From an uncultured virus (IMG/VR IMGVR_UViG_3300002097_000869) (lineage: Duplodnaviria; Heunggongvirae; Uroviricota; Caudoviricetes), in the IMG/VR virus record IMGVR_UViG_3300002097_000869, positions 1 through 64,000 of that record: DNA of 64,000 nt; one strand, 5' to 3'. The notes below the pieces were generated by a model, which worked only from the letters and a program-made list of their open reading frames with translations, searched no databases and was not told where the DNA came from. Each line of letters begins with the position of its first letter. The stretch's first letter is position 1. Made by a program: the position numbers and the translations under genes. Of this stretch, positions 51,213-59,175 are shown one piece after another.

Positions 51213-51958
51213 TGATTACAAAATCTGGTATATACTGTATTTGTAATTTAGTTAATGGAAAAATATACATAGGACAGACGGCTGATTTTAAGCTAAGGTG
51301 GAGAAGCCATATTAAAAGGTTTAATAGAGGTTCTAGGAGTGCAAACCCACACCTTCTTAGCGCGTGGAGAAAGTATGGCCCAGAAGCTTTTGTTTTTGAG
51401 GTTATAGAATATGTTCCTAAAGATAAAGAACTCCTTAAAGAACGGGAACAGTATTGGATGGACTATTTGAATGTGACCGACTCGGAGGTGGGATATAATA
51501 TATCTCCCACGTCCGGGTCATCTTTGGGAGTTAAGTATACAGAGGAACAAAAGCAGAAAATGTCTGGTGAAAACAGCGTTGGGTATCAACATGCTAAGTG
51601 CTGGGAATACAATGGAAAATCCCTGCCTTTGTCTGTTTGGGCGAAAGAGTACAATATGAGCCAAACAACCCTTGCCTCCCGAGTAAAAGAGATGGGCTGG
51701 CCGCTTGAAAGGGCCTTAGCCACGACGGTAAAAAGTGACATGTTTGGTGAAAATAACAATATGTTTGGTCACAAAGGTGAAAAAAGTCCTGGTTATAAAC
51801 ATGCTAAGCGCTATGACTATGATGGAAAATTACAGACTCTGTCCGATTGGGCTAAAGAGTATGGTATAAATCAAACTACATTGAGTTCTAGGATAAAGAA
51901 ATTAGGGATGTCTATTGAAAGAGCCCTAACAACCCCTGTAAAGTCTAGAAAGAAATAA
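51212..51958 (+). CDS. Second GIY-YIG homing endonuclease, with a duplicated C-terminal DNA-binding module
   Basis: [19 protein letters not shown]...REQYWMD...GYN; two copies of YxGK...LS.WAKEY...QTTL.SR.K..G...ERAL.T.VKS. Confidence 0.9.
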   Translation: MITKSGIYCICNLVNGKIYIGQTADFKLRWRSHIKRFNRGSRSANPHLLSAWRKYGPEAFVFEVIEYVPKDKELLKEREQYWMDYLNVTDSEVGYNISPTSGSSLGVKYTEEQKQKMSGENSVGYQHAKCWEYNGKSLPLSVWAKEYNMSQTTLASRVKEMGWPLERALATTVKSDMFGENNNMFGHKGEKSPGYKHAKRYDYDGKLQTLSDWAKEYGINQTTLSSRIKKLGMSIERALTTPVKSRKK

Positions 51959-52008
51959 TCTTTTGGTTGTTGTTTTTTGTATACAATATTTTCATAAAAA
52001 GGAGATTT

Positions 52009-53298
52009 ATGGTGGAACAAAAGAAAGATAAAATAAAGATGCTAGTATACGCTGACTCTGTGACCGCATCTACAGGTTTTGGGGTCGTTATGAAAAATAT
52101 ATTGTTGCCTTTGCATAACACAGGCAAGTATGAAATAACCATGCTTGGCATAAATTACTGGGGAACCCCACACCAGGCCCCGTTTGAAATCTGGCCTGTG
52201 GGTGTGGAGTCCATGTTTAGTGGGGACAAGGATCCGTATGGACGGTTGTTTGTCCAAAGAAAAATAGCAGAATCTGAATTTGATATTTTATTTATGTTGC
52301 AAGATTCATTTATCCTTGAGTTTGTAAAGGATTTTCTTCCAAAGTTAAGGCAGAAGGGAAAAAAGTTTACTTCCGTTATATATTTTCCTATAGATGGAAT
52401 CCCTAAGAAAAGTTGGATTGAAGCTATGAATGTAGCTGACATTCCCGTCACGTATACTGAATTTGCGAAAAATGAGTGTATAAAGATTATTCCGTCTATG
52501 GAGAAAAGACTTAGAATAATTCCTCATGGTGCTAATATGGCAGATTTTTATCCATTATCTTATAGGGAAAACTATGAGTTTAAGAAGGCTTATTATAGAC
52601 ATTTGGCTGACCGATTTATAGTTTTAAACGTAAACCGCAATCAGCAGAGAAAAGACATATTTCGCACAATGCTTGCGTTTAGAGAATTTCATAGGAAGTA
52701 TCCTGATACACTTTTGAATCTGCACCTTGCGGTAAAGGATCAGGGTGGTGATATTCTGGCAGTAGCGGATTCTCTGGGTTTAGTGCCAAATGTCGATTTT
52801 ATTTTTCCGTATAATTTTTCTCCTTCTACTGGTTTTCCTGTAGACGTGCTAAATAGGATTTATAATTCTGCTGACGTAGTGATTAGCACATCTAAAGGAG
52901 AGGGCTGGGGGTTGGCTCAGGTAGAAGCGATGGCCTGCAAAACTTTAGTAATTTCCCCAAATAATACGGCTTGTACGGAAATAGTAGGTGAAGACAGGGG
53001 ATTATTAGTAAAAAGTGGTCATGATATTGACCATCTTGAAATTATGATGTATGACAACGAAGTTCTTCGTCCTGTGGTTAATGTCCAAGACTTAGTAGAT
53101 AAGTTAGAATTAGCTTATAATGATGAAGTATTAAGAATGAAGCTAGCAGAGAATGGATATAACTGGGTTAGAAACACACTTGTGTGGGAAAATAATATAG
53201 TTCCCTTGTGGGAGGTCATATTTGAAGAGGCTATGGAGATGAAGAATAAGGGGCATGTTGTTGAAAGTGATGGTTTCGGTGAGGTAGAGGAGGTTTAG
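52009..53298 (+). CDS. GT4-family (GT-B) glycosyltransferase
   Basis: AGGAG SD before ATG 52009. Motifs: STGFG, IPHG, NRNQQRKD, IYNSADV...GEGWGLAQVEAMAC. Confidence 0.85.
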   Translation: MVEQKKDKIKMLVYADSVTASTGFGVVMKNILLPLHNTGKYEITMLGINYWGTPHQAPFEIWPVGVESMFSGDKDPYGRLFVQRKIAESEFDILFMLQDSFILEFVKDFLPKLRQKGKKFTSVIYFPIDGIPKKSWIEAMNVADIPVTYTEFAKNECIKIIPSMEKRLRIIPHGANMADFYPLSYRENYEFKKAYYRHLADRFIVLNVNRNQQRKDIFRTMLAFREFHRKYPDTLLNLHLAVKDQGGDILAVADSLGLVPNVDFIFPYNFSPSTGFPVDVLNRIYNSADVVISTSKGEGWGLAQVEAMACKTLVISPNNTACTEIVGEDRGLLVKSGHDIDHLEIMMYDNEVLRPVVNVQDLVDKLELAYNDEVLRMKLAENGYNWVRNTLVWENNIVPLWEVIFEEAMEMKNKGHVVESDGFGEVEEV

Positions 53299-53300
53299 TT

Positions 53301-54422
53301 ATGCGAGGTATAAAGGTCATAGGCCCATATAATGATGCTTCTGGTTATGCCCAGGCATTTAGAGACAACGTTTTGTCTTTATATAAACTAGGTTTTGATA
53401 TTACTATACAACCTAGGAATTTTGAACCAAACCCCCCACCGGTTTCAAATAAAGAACACGCAGCTATATTGGATAAACTTGTTGGAAGAAATATTAAGTA
53501 TGATATAACCTTCCAACAGCTCACCCCAGACTTGTGGCGTGACCATGTGGAGCCTGACAAGTATAATATAGGTTTTATGGCTTGGGAGACTTCTTTGCTC
53601 CCGCCNAAATTTGTTCATTCTTGTTCTTCTGTACAAGAAATTTGGGTTCCCAGTGATTATAATGTAAGTGTACTAAGGTCTTGTGGGGTTGAAGTTCCAA
53701 TAACAAAAATACCACATAGTATAGACCCAAATTTGTTTAGTTCAATAGACTGTGGAGAGTATAGCCTAAAAGGTTTGTCAAATAACACATATAAGTTTTA
53801 TAGTATTTTTCAATGGATCGAACGAAAAAATCCTATGGGTCTTGTACGTTCATATTTTAATGCTTTTGATGACAGCGATGATGTTGTTCTTATATTAAAG
53901 ACGTATCGTACTGGTATGGGACGTGATAAAGATTTTATTAGAGAAAAGATAGTGGAAATCAAAAGGGATATGAACATAGGGGCATATCCTAGGGTAGTGC
54001 TTATTGGGGACATGCTTAGTAAAAATCAGGTGTTAGGATTACATAAGTATTGTGATAGTTATGTATGTTTGCACCGGGGTGAGGGGTTCGGCCTTCCTCT
54101 GTTCGAGGCCGGGCTAGTCGGTAACCCTGTAATCGGTACTGGTTATGGTGGGAACACAGAGTTCATGAAAGAAGACAACAGCTATTTAGTAGAGTATCAA
54201 ATGACGTATGTTTCTGGTATGAGTTCATTTAATCCTTGGTACTTAGGAAGCGGACAATGGGCAGAACCTAATTTGATTGACGCAAGTGAGAAAATGAATT
54301 ATGTATTTAATAATAGAATAGAAGCTAGAGAGACAGGAAGGAGACTTCAAGATTATATAGCTAGTAATTTTTCTACAGAAGCAGTTTCTAAGTTAATGTT
54401 TGATAGGTTATCAAAACTATAA
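53301..54422 (+). CDS. GT4-family glycosyltransferase
   Basis: SGYAQA; WET; WVPS; ERKN; HRGEGFGLPLFEA...PVIGTGYGGN.EF. Confidence 0.85.
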   Translation: MRGIKVIGPYNDASGYAQAFRDNVLSLYKLGFDITIQPRNFEPNPPPVSNKEHAAILDKLVGRNIKYDITFQQLTPDLWRDHVEPDKYNIGFMAWETSLLPXKFVHSCSSVQEIWVPSDYNVSVLRSCGVEVPITKIPHSIDPNLFSSIDCGEYSLKGLSNNTYKFYSIFQWIERKNPMGLVRSYFNAFDDSDDVVLILKTYRTGMGRDKDFIREKIVEIKRDMNIGAYPRVVLIGDMLSKNQVLGLHKYCDSYVCLHRGEGFGLPLFEAGLVGNPVIGTGYGGNTEFMKEDNSYLVEYQMTYVSGMSSFNPWYLGSGQWAEPNLIDASEKMNYVFNNRIEARETGRRLQDYIASNFSTEAVSKLMFDRLSKL

Positions 54423-54438
54423 CTTTTTGGGGGTTTTT

Positions 54439-55272
54439 ATGTTGCTGCGCGAAAAAATTATCTCATTGATTTACAGGGAAATTCTTGGTAGGGATGTAGA
54501 CGATATTGGTTTGGGTATATATATGAGGTCTAGCGTTCCTATAGAGGTTGTATATAGTGAGGTTTATAATTCCGATGAAGCAATGGAGTATAGGGATAGG
54601 ATGGAGGAAGAGAGGTTTTTAAAGCAGGCGAATATTAAGTTGCCATTAACCTTAGCAATGTTTGTTAAGGACGTAGAAGACAGTGTAGAAATGGCTATAA
54701 GAAGTGTTTTACCTATAGTTAGTGAGGTTGTTATTACAGATACTGGTTCCTCTGATAGAACTATAGAGGTGTGTAAGGACCTGGGGGCTCGTGTCTATAG
54801 TGTGGGGTTTTCTGACTTTGGTAGCATAAGAACGGTGTCTGGTCATTTAAGTAGGCAGCCCTGGGTTCTTGGTTTGGACGCCGACGAGGTTGTTCTTTCT
54901 GAAGACCTTCCAAAATTTAAGGATTTAATAGAGAATAGTAATGTAGATGCCTGGGGTTTGCCAAGAAAACGATGGGCCGATTTGGAAATGCTAGTACAGG
55001 TAGAGCCGGAGGCATACCCGGATTTTCAATATAGGCTATTTCGTAATGATTTAAATATTATTTATGTTAGACGAATACACGAAATAATTAAAGGAACTGA
55101 TAAAAAAGTGGAGGCGCTTGACGGTCCTTGTATACAGCACTTTCAAGATGTTTTTAAGTTCGGAGAAAAATTAAAATCAAGAAATTTACTTTATAAGAAT
55201 TTGTATGATAAAGATATTTGTGATGGTGTGGGGCACGAGGGTTTAGCCGTACAACCCATTGACGAGGTGTGA
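54439..55272 (+). CDS. GT2-family glycosyltransferase with a DUF4214-like N-terminal helical domain
   Basis: YREILGRDVD..G N-terminus; LAMFVKD, DTGSSDRT, LDADE, PDFQYRLF, IHE. Confidence 0.8.
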   Translation: MLLREKIISLIYREILGRDVDDIGLGIYMRSSVPIEVVYSEVYNSDEAMEYRDRMEEERFLKQANIKLPLTLAMFVKDVEDSVEMAIRSVLPIVSEVVITDTGSSDRTIEVCKDLGARVYSVGFSDFGSIRTVSGHLSRQPWVLGLDADEVVLSEDLPKFKDLIENSNVDAWGLPRKRWADLEMLVQVEPEAYPDFQYRLFRNDLNIIYVRRIHEIIKGTDKKVEALDGPCIQHFQDVFKFGEKLKSRNLLYKNLYDKDICDGVGHEGLAVQPIDEV

Positions 55273-56081
55273 TTTTGTATATTAGTGTTCCAATAATTCT
55301 ACGTAACATCGTAAGGCTTAATTACCCTGTGGAAATGGTAGTTGGTAGTGTTGCGGGCTTGGCTAATGAGGTTGTTTTGTGCGTCGACCCTTCCTCGGAG
55401 GACTCGACTGTTAAGTTGTGTGAGGAGATGTCTTTAAGGTCGAAGCTCGGTGGAATAAAGACAGATATACGTGTAGTATATAGTAAATGGGATTTAAAAA
55501 ACATAACTGATACAGGATATGAATTTGCTAAACAAACAAATATAGCAATAGATTACTGTATTGGGGACTGGGTGCTTCTTTTACAGGCCGATGAAGCAAT
55601 TCACGAACAAGATTTTGATAAGATACTTGACGCAATTGATTATGCAAACGATAATAATATAGATGGGTATGAAATGACACGTCTGTATTTTTATGGTAGT
55701 ATGGATGTCATACGAGACGATTGGACAGTTCCTATTATAAGATTATTTAAGAAGGGGTCTAGAAAATCGTGTGGGGACGCTATGAATACCTTAGGTAAGG
55801 GAAGGGTTGAAAGACTTAATGTTCCAATATATCATTATTCACGTATAGGGGATCCTGAAATTATATCTAAACGTATATTATCTTTGGATAAATTTTTTCA
55901 CCGCGCGGAAAAATTAAAGGACGAAAAAGAACTTAAACCATACTCATTTGACACATATAACTTTGATTGTCAACATAAAGACAATATAGACATAGGAAGA
56001 AAAAAAGTAGAACAATCATTTAGTACATTTACAGGCACACACCCAAAAATATTCGTTGGGTATACTGGGGAGGGTTTTTAG
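55269..56081 (+). CDS. GT2-family (GT-A) glycosyltransferase
   Basis: NYP...EVV..VD.SSEDST; QTNIA...C.GDWVLLLQADE..HE; RLFK; IYHY. Confidence 0.75.
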   Translation: MILYISVPIILRNIVRLNYPVEMVVGSVAGLANEVVLCVDPSSEDSTVKLCEEMSLRSKLGGIKTDIRVVYSKWDLKNITDTGYEFAKQTNIAIDYCIGDWVLLLQADEAIHEQDFDKILDAIDYANDNNIDGYEMTRLYFYGSMDVIRDDWTVPIIRLFKKGSRKSCGDAMNTLGKGRVERLNVPIYHYSRIGDPEIISKRILSLDKFFHRAEKLKDEKELKPYSFDTYNFDCQHKDNIDIGRKKVEQSFSTFTGTHPKIFVGYTGEGF

Positions 56082-56084
56082 TTC

Positions 56085-56723
56085 ATGATATTAGAAATGT
56101 CTTCCTGGGCCAAACTAAATATAAAAGAACCTGCCCCTTTATATGAAGTTCCAGGAATTAATTCTATAGAACCTATTGATGTATATAATTTTCGTTATTC
56201 TCGTCCGTATACTGAATTAAGTAAACCAGAACTAGAGGACCCACACAGGCAGTATTTGGATGTTTTGTGTAATTTGGACAGGGGAAGCTCTCTTTTAATT
56301 TTTGGCTCTGGTCACAGTTTTAATATGAACATCTTTTATGATTATGGGAGGTTTTCTAGGCTTGTAGCTGTAGATTTTTCCGCGGCGGCAAAAATAGGTC
56401 TTTACAAAGAAATAGAATTTTACGATAATAATATACTAGAAGGTGACTTACCTGTTGTTTGTGACTATGTTTTTTCAGCTCATACTATAGAGCATTTTTA
56501 TAAGAAAGAATTATTTGATATTGTTTTACCTAGATTGTTTAAGGCTGCTAGAAGGGGTGTAGTGATATTAGTACCGTACGGTACTAATTGGGCCGGGGAA
56601 CCTTACCATAAGTGTCAGTTTTATGAAAATGATGAATTTGCATCGTTGTTTGATAAATACAGGATTGTAAGAAAGGGTTCAGAAATTATATTTTTTAAAG
56701 GGGAAACTGACCATGGATTTTAG
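56085..56723 (+). CDS. Class I SAM-dependent methyltransferase (degenerate motif I)
   Basis: LLIFGSG; VAVDFS; DYVFSAHTIEHF; VILVP. Confidence 0.65.
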   Translation: MILEMSSWAKLNIKEPAPLYEVPGINSIEPIDVYNFRYSRPYTELSKPELEDPHRQYLDVLCNLDRGSSLLIFGSGHSFNMNIFYDYGRFSRLVAVDFSAAAKIGLYKEIEFYDNNILEGDLPVVCDYVFSAHTIEHFYKKELFDIVLPRLFKAARRGVVILVPYGTNWAGEPYHKCQFYENDEFASLFDKYRIVRKGSEIIFFKGETDHGF

Positions 56724-57267
56724 TGGACTAAACACTGTTAAACAGGTATGTGAAAAAATAGGGCAGGTTATGCGTCCTTGTCCCGTATGTGTAGAAACAG
56801 GTACAATGTATGCTATTTCAGAAGAAAATCTAGTACACACAACTACCAACAATATATTAAAGCATATATGCAGGCCTAATGGCGGTAAATTATTTTCTTT
56901 AGATATAGATAAAGAACATCAATACATTGCTAGGTCTGTGTGCTGCGGAGATGATTGTGTATATGTTCTTGGTGATAGTATTGTTTCTTTGGGTCTCTTA
57001 AATTTTGAATTATCTTCTAAGGATTGTCCTATTGATGTTTTATGGTTAGATTCTAAGGAATTTGATATTGCACACACTGTTAATGAGTATAATGCTATCA
57101 AAGGGTGTTTAAATAAGAAGGGACATTTTGTTATGGTTGATGATATACACAATGCTAATTCTGTTAAATATAAAGAAATAGTTCCTATTTTAAAGGGGGC
57201 CGGTTATTTTTGGGTAGAAGTCCTAACACCCACAGGGCTTTTTGTTTCGTGGGTTGGCTATGCCTAG
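56713..57267 (+). CDS. Class I SAM-dependent methyltransferase (Methyltransf_24-like)
   Basis: VETGT; LFSLDID; GDS; IDVLWLDS; VMVDD. Confidence 0.75.
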   Translation: MDFSGLNTVKQVCEKIGQVMRPCPVCVETGTMYAISEENLVHTTTNNILKHICRPNGGKLFSLDIDKEHQYIARSVCCGDDCVYVLGDSIVSLGLLNFELSSKDCPIDVLWLDSKEFDIAHTVNEYNAIKGCLNKKGHFVMVDDIHNANSVKYKEIVPILKGAGYFWVEVLTPTGLFVSWVGYA

Positions 57268-57404
57268 GTTGGTCGTTTTAAGTAATCCTAGGTCTGGTAC
57301 ATCTTTATTAACACATTTATAGTCATCTTACAGGGCCGTAAAACCCATCCCTTTAGGGGTGGGATATAAGGCCTTCTTGATTTTTAGAAAGATTAAAATA
57401 ATAG

Positions 57405-57433
57405 TTGACCTTTTTAGCCTCGCAACCTATTAT
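57405..57433 (+). promoter_or_regulatory. Probable tnpB promoter
   Basis: TTGACC (57405-57410), 17-nt spacer, TATTAT (57428-57433). Confidence 0.5.
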
Positions 57434-57461
57434 TATAATAAGTCCCAGGGAGGGACTTTCA

Positions 57462-58538
57462 ATGGTTAAAACTTTTTCCTTCCGTATAAAAGATTCCACC
57501 TCTGCTAAGCACCTTTATGCTATGGCTAGAGCTGTAAACTTTGTATGGAACTATTGCAATGAGGTTCAAAAGAAGGCTGCTAATAGTCATAGGCCCTGGG
57601 TTAATTGGGTAATGTTAAATAACCTAACTTCCGGGTGTTCCAAGGAACTTCGTTTGCATAGCCAAACTATTCAAGCTATTGACGAATGTTATGCTACTTC
57701 ACTAAAGGAAGCCAAATCTCCTACTGGTAAAAAGAAACGTTTCCTACGATTCCGTGGTAGAAGAAGCCAGGGCTGGATTCCTTTCAAAGCTTCTGGAATA
57801 AAACTTCGTAAGGATTCCGTTGTTTACCAAGGACGAATATTCCGCTTCTGGAAGACTCGAAGTATTCCTGAACAAATTAAGGGTGGAAACTTCTCTTGTG
57901 ACGTTAGGGGTCGTTGGTACCTTAACCTTGTCTGTGAATACGAGGAAGCCCTTGTTTCCAACGAAGGTAGTGTTGGCATTGATTTAGGACTTAAGTCTTT
58001 GGCTACCTTGTCTAACGGTAAAAAGTACGATGCTCAAAAGTTCTTCCGCAAGTATGAGAGAAAGCTTGCTCACCACCAACGGTGTAATAATGCACGTCAA
58101 GTAAGAACGATTCATGCTAAGATAGCTAACTCTCGTAAAGATTTCAACCATAAAGTTTCCCATGAGTTGACCAGAGACTTTAATAAGGTATTCATCGGTG
58201 ACGTAGACAGCCTTGGTCTATTAAAGACCAGGCTAGCCAAGTCAGTTTCCGACGCTTCTTGGGGTCAGCTCCGTACCTTCATTGAATACAAAGCGATTGC
58301 GCGTGGTGGTACGTACTACGTTGTTGACGAGAACAACACTACTCGAACCTGTTCAGCCTGTGGGTGCCTTACTGGGCCCTCCGGTCTAGCAGGGCTTCGA
58401 GTTAGAGAATGGCAGTGTAAAGAGTGTGGCACGGTGCACGATAGGGATACCAACTCAGCTATCAATATTGAACAACGAGGCCTCTCAACTCTGCATTCTC
58501 CACTCAGGACATTGAGTGCTAAAGAGGAAATTCCTTAG
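57462..58538 (+). CDS. tnpB: RNA-guided endonuclease TnpB with rearranged RuvC-II
   Basis: TFSFRI...VNFVWNY; GRWYL; VGIDLGLK (RuvC-I); VFIGDV...VVDENNTTRTCSACG; REWQCKECGTVHDRDTNSAINI (zinc finger + RuvC-III). GGGAGG SD supports ATG 57462. Confidence 0.92.
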   Translation: MVKTFSFRIKDSTSAKHLYAMARAVNFVWNYCNEVQKKAANSHRPWVNWVMLNNLTSGCSKELRLHSQTIQAIDECYATSLKEAKSPTGKKKRFLRFRGRRSQGWIPFKASGIKLRKDSVVYQGRIFRFWKTRSIPEQIKGGNFSCDVRGRWYLNLVCEYEEALVSNEGSVGIDLGLKSLATLSNGKKYDAQKFFRKYERKLAHHQRCNNARQVRTIHAKIANSRKDFNHKVSHELTRDFNKVFIGDVDSLGLLKTRLAKSVSDASWGQLRTFIEYKAIARGGTYYVVDENNTTRTCSACGCLTGPSGLAGLRVREWQCKECGTVHDRDTNSAINIEQRGLSTLHSPLRTLSAKEEIP

Positions 58539-58592
58539 GAATCCCCTGACTTTAGTCGGGGGAGGATGTCAATGCTTCGTTCTTTTGATTTG
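58420..58592 (+). ncRNA. Predicted TnpB reRNA/omegaRNA (3' end of tnpB + right end) with flank-derived guide TGCTTCGTTCTTTTGATTTG; 5' boundary approximate
   Basis: Established TnpB architecture applied to the mapped RE (ends TCAA 58572). The scaffold itself was not folded. Confidence 0.55.
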
Positions 58593-59175
58593 GGTTTTTT
58601 AGGAATAGTTCCCTATAATAATTTAGATCCACAGGATATGTATTCTTATCGTCTAGAGTTTTCTTCTATAAACTTACAGAGTATTACTGCAGAAGATAAG
58701 TTGTTTTTTATAATAAGGGACCCGCGGTCGGTTATTACCTCTGTGCATCCTTCAGGGGGGGGGGCCTTATGGATTTGATTATTCTGGGTGGATTAAGAAT
58801 TTTCTTTTAGTAGAGCACTTATTTTTGTGTCCATTTTTATGCACAATATGGTTTGACGATCTTATATTACGCCCTAGTTTGGTTGAGGGTGTTATTTCAA
58901 GGTTTTTAAGGGCATCCCCTGTTAAATCATTTGAGTCTCATGGGGATACTTTTGAAGCAAAGTACGTTGGAGAAGACGGGATGGGGTTTGAAGCAGGGGG
59001 CTTTAGGTCTTTTGATGCAGAAAAGGTTTGTTCTTGGGAAAAAATAGAGCATAGGGAGCGTTTAAAGAAGCAAATAATAACAAGTCCTTCTATGTTGAGC
59101 GATTTAGTGTACTTAGGGTTTGAGAATGACTCTTCTTGGGTTGCTGCCCTTTAATTCTAGCTTAGGAGACTACGT

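Larger units (their letters stand above)
57321..58572 (+). mobile_element. Non-autonomous IS200/IS605-family (tnpB-only) element inserted 3' of TTAT
   Basis: LE: AAAA (57340-57343) plus hairpin CCCATCCC-TTTA-GGGGTGGG. RE: GAAT-CCCCTGAC-TTTA-GTCGGGGG-AGGATG-TCAA, IS608-like. No target duplication; excision restores the host reading frame. Confidence 0.88.
57260..59154 (+). pseudogene. Sulfotransferase gene interrupted by a TnpB element and additionally frameshifted at a G10 tract
   Basis: 5' piece MPRLVVLSNPRSGTSLLTHL (PAPS 5'-PSB loop). After the element: LLRSF...FIIRDPRSVITS (3'-PB motif). After G10 (58755-58764) in another frame: PYGFDYSGW...WFDDLILRP...ISRFL. Removing the element and one G gives a 213-aa ORF. 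Confidence 0.8.

Noticed and set aside
53606..53606. Ambiguous base n (X in the ORF track)
   Set aside because: It is the third position of a CCN codon, so Pro regardless; it only indicates consensus uncertainty.
57328..57331. TTAC as the TnpB element target site
   Set aside because: The guide before the LE hairpin is AAAA (predicts TTAT, not TTAC), and only the TTAT junction restores the host frame.
57321..58572. IStron (group I intron + TnpB) that would splice out of the sulfotransferase mRNA
   Set aside because: Only about 140 nt precede tnpB, too little for a group I core, and the element ends in TCAA rather than a terminal G.
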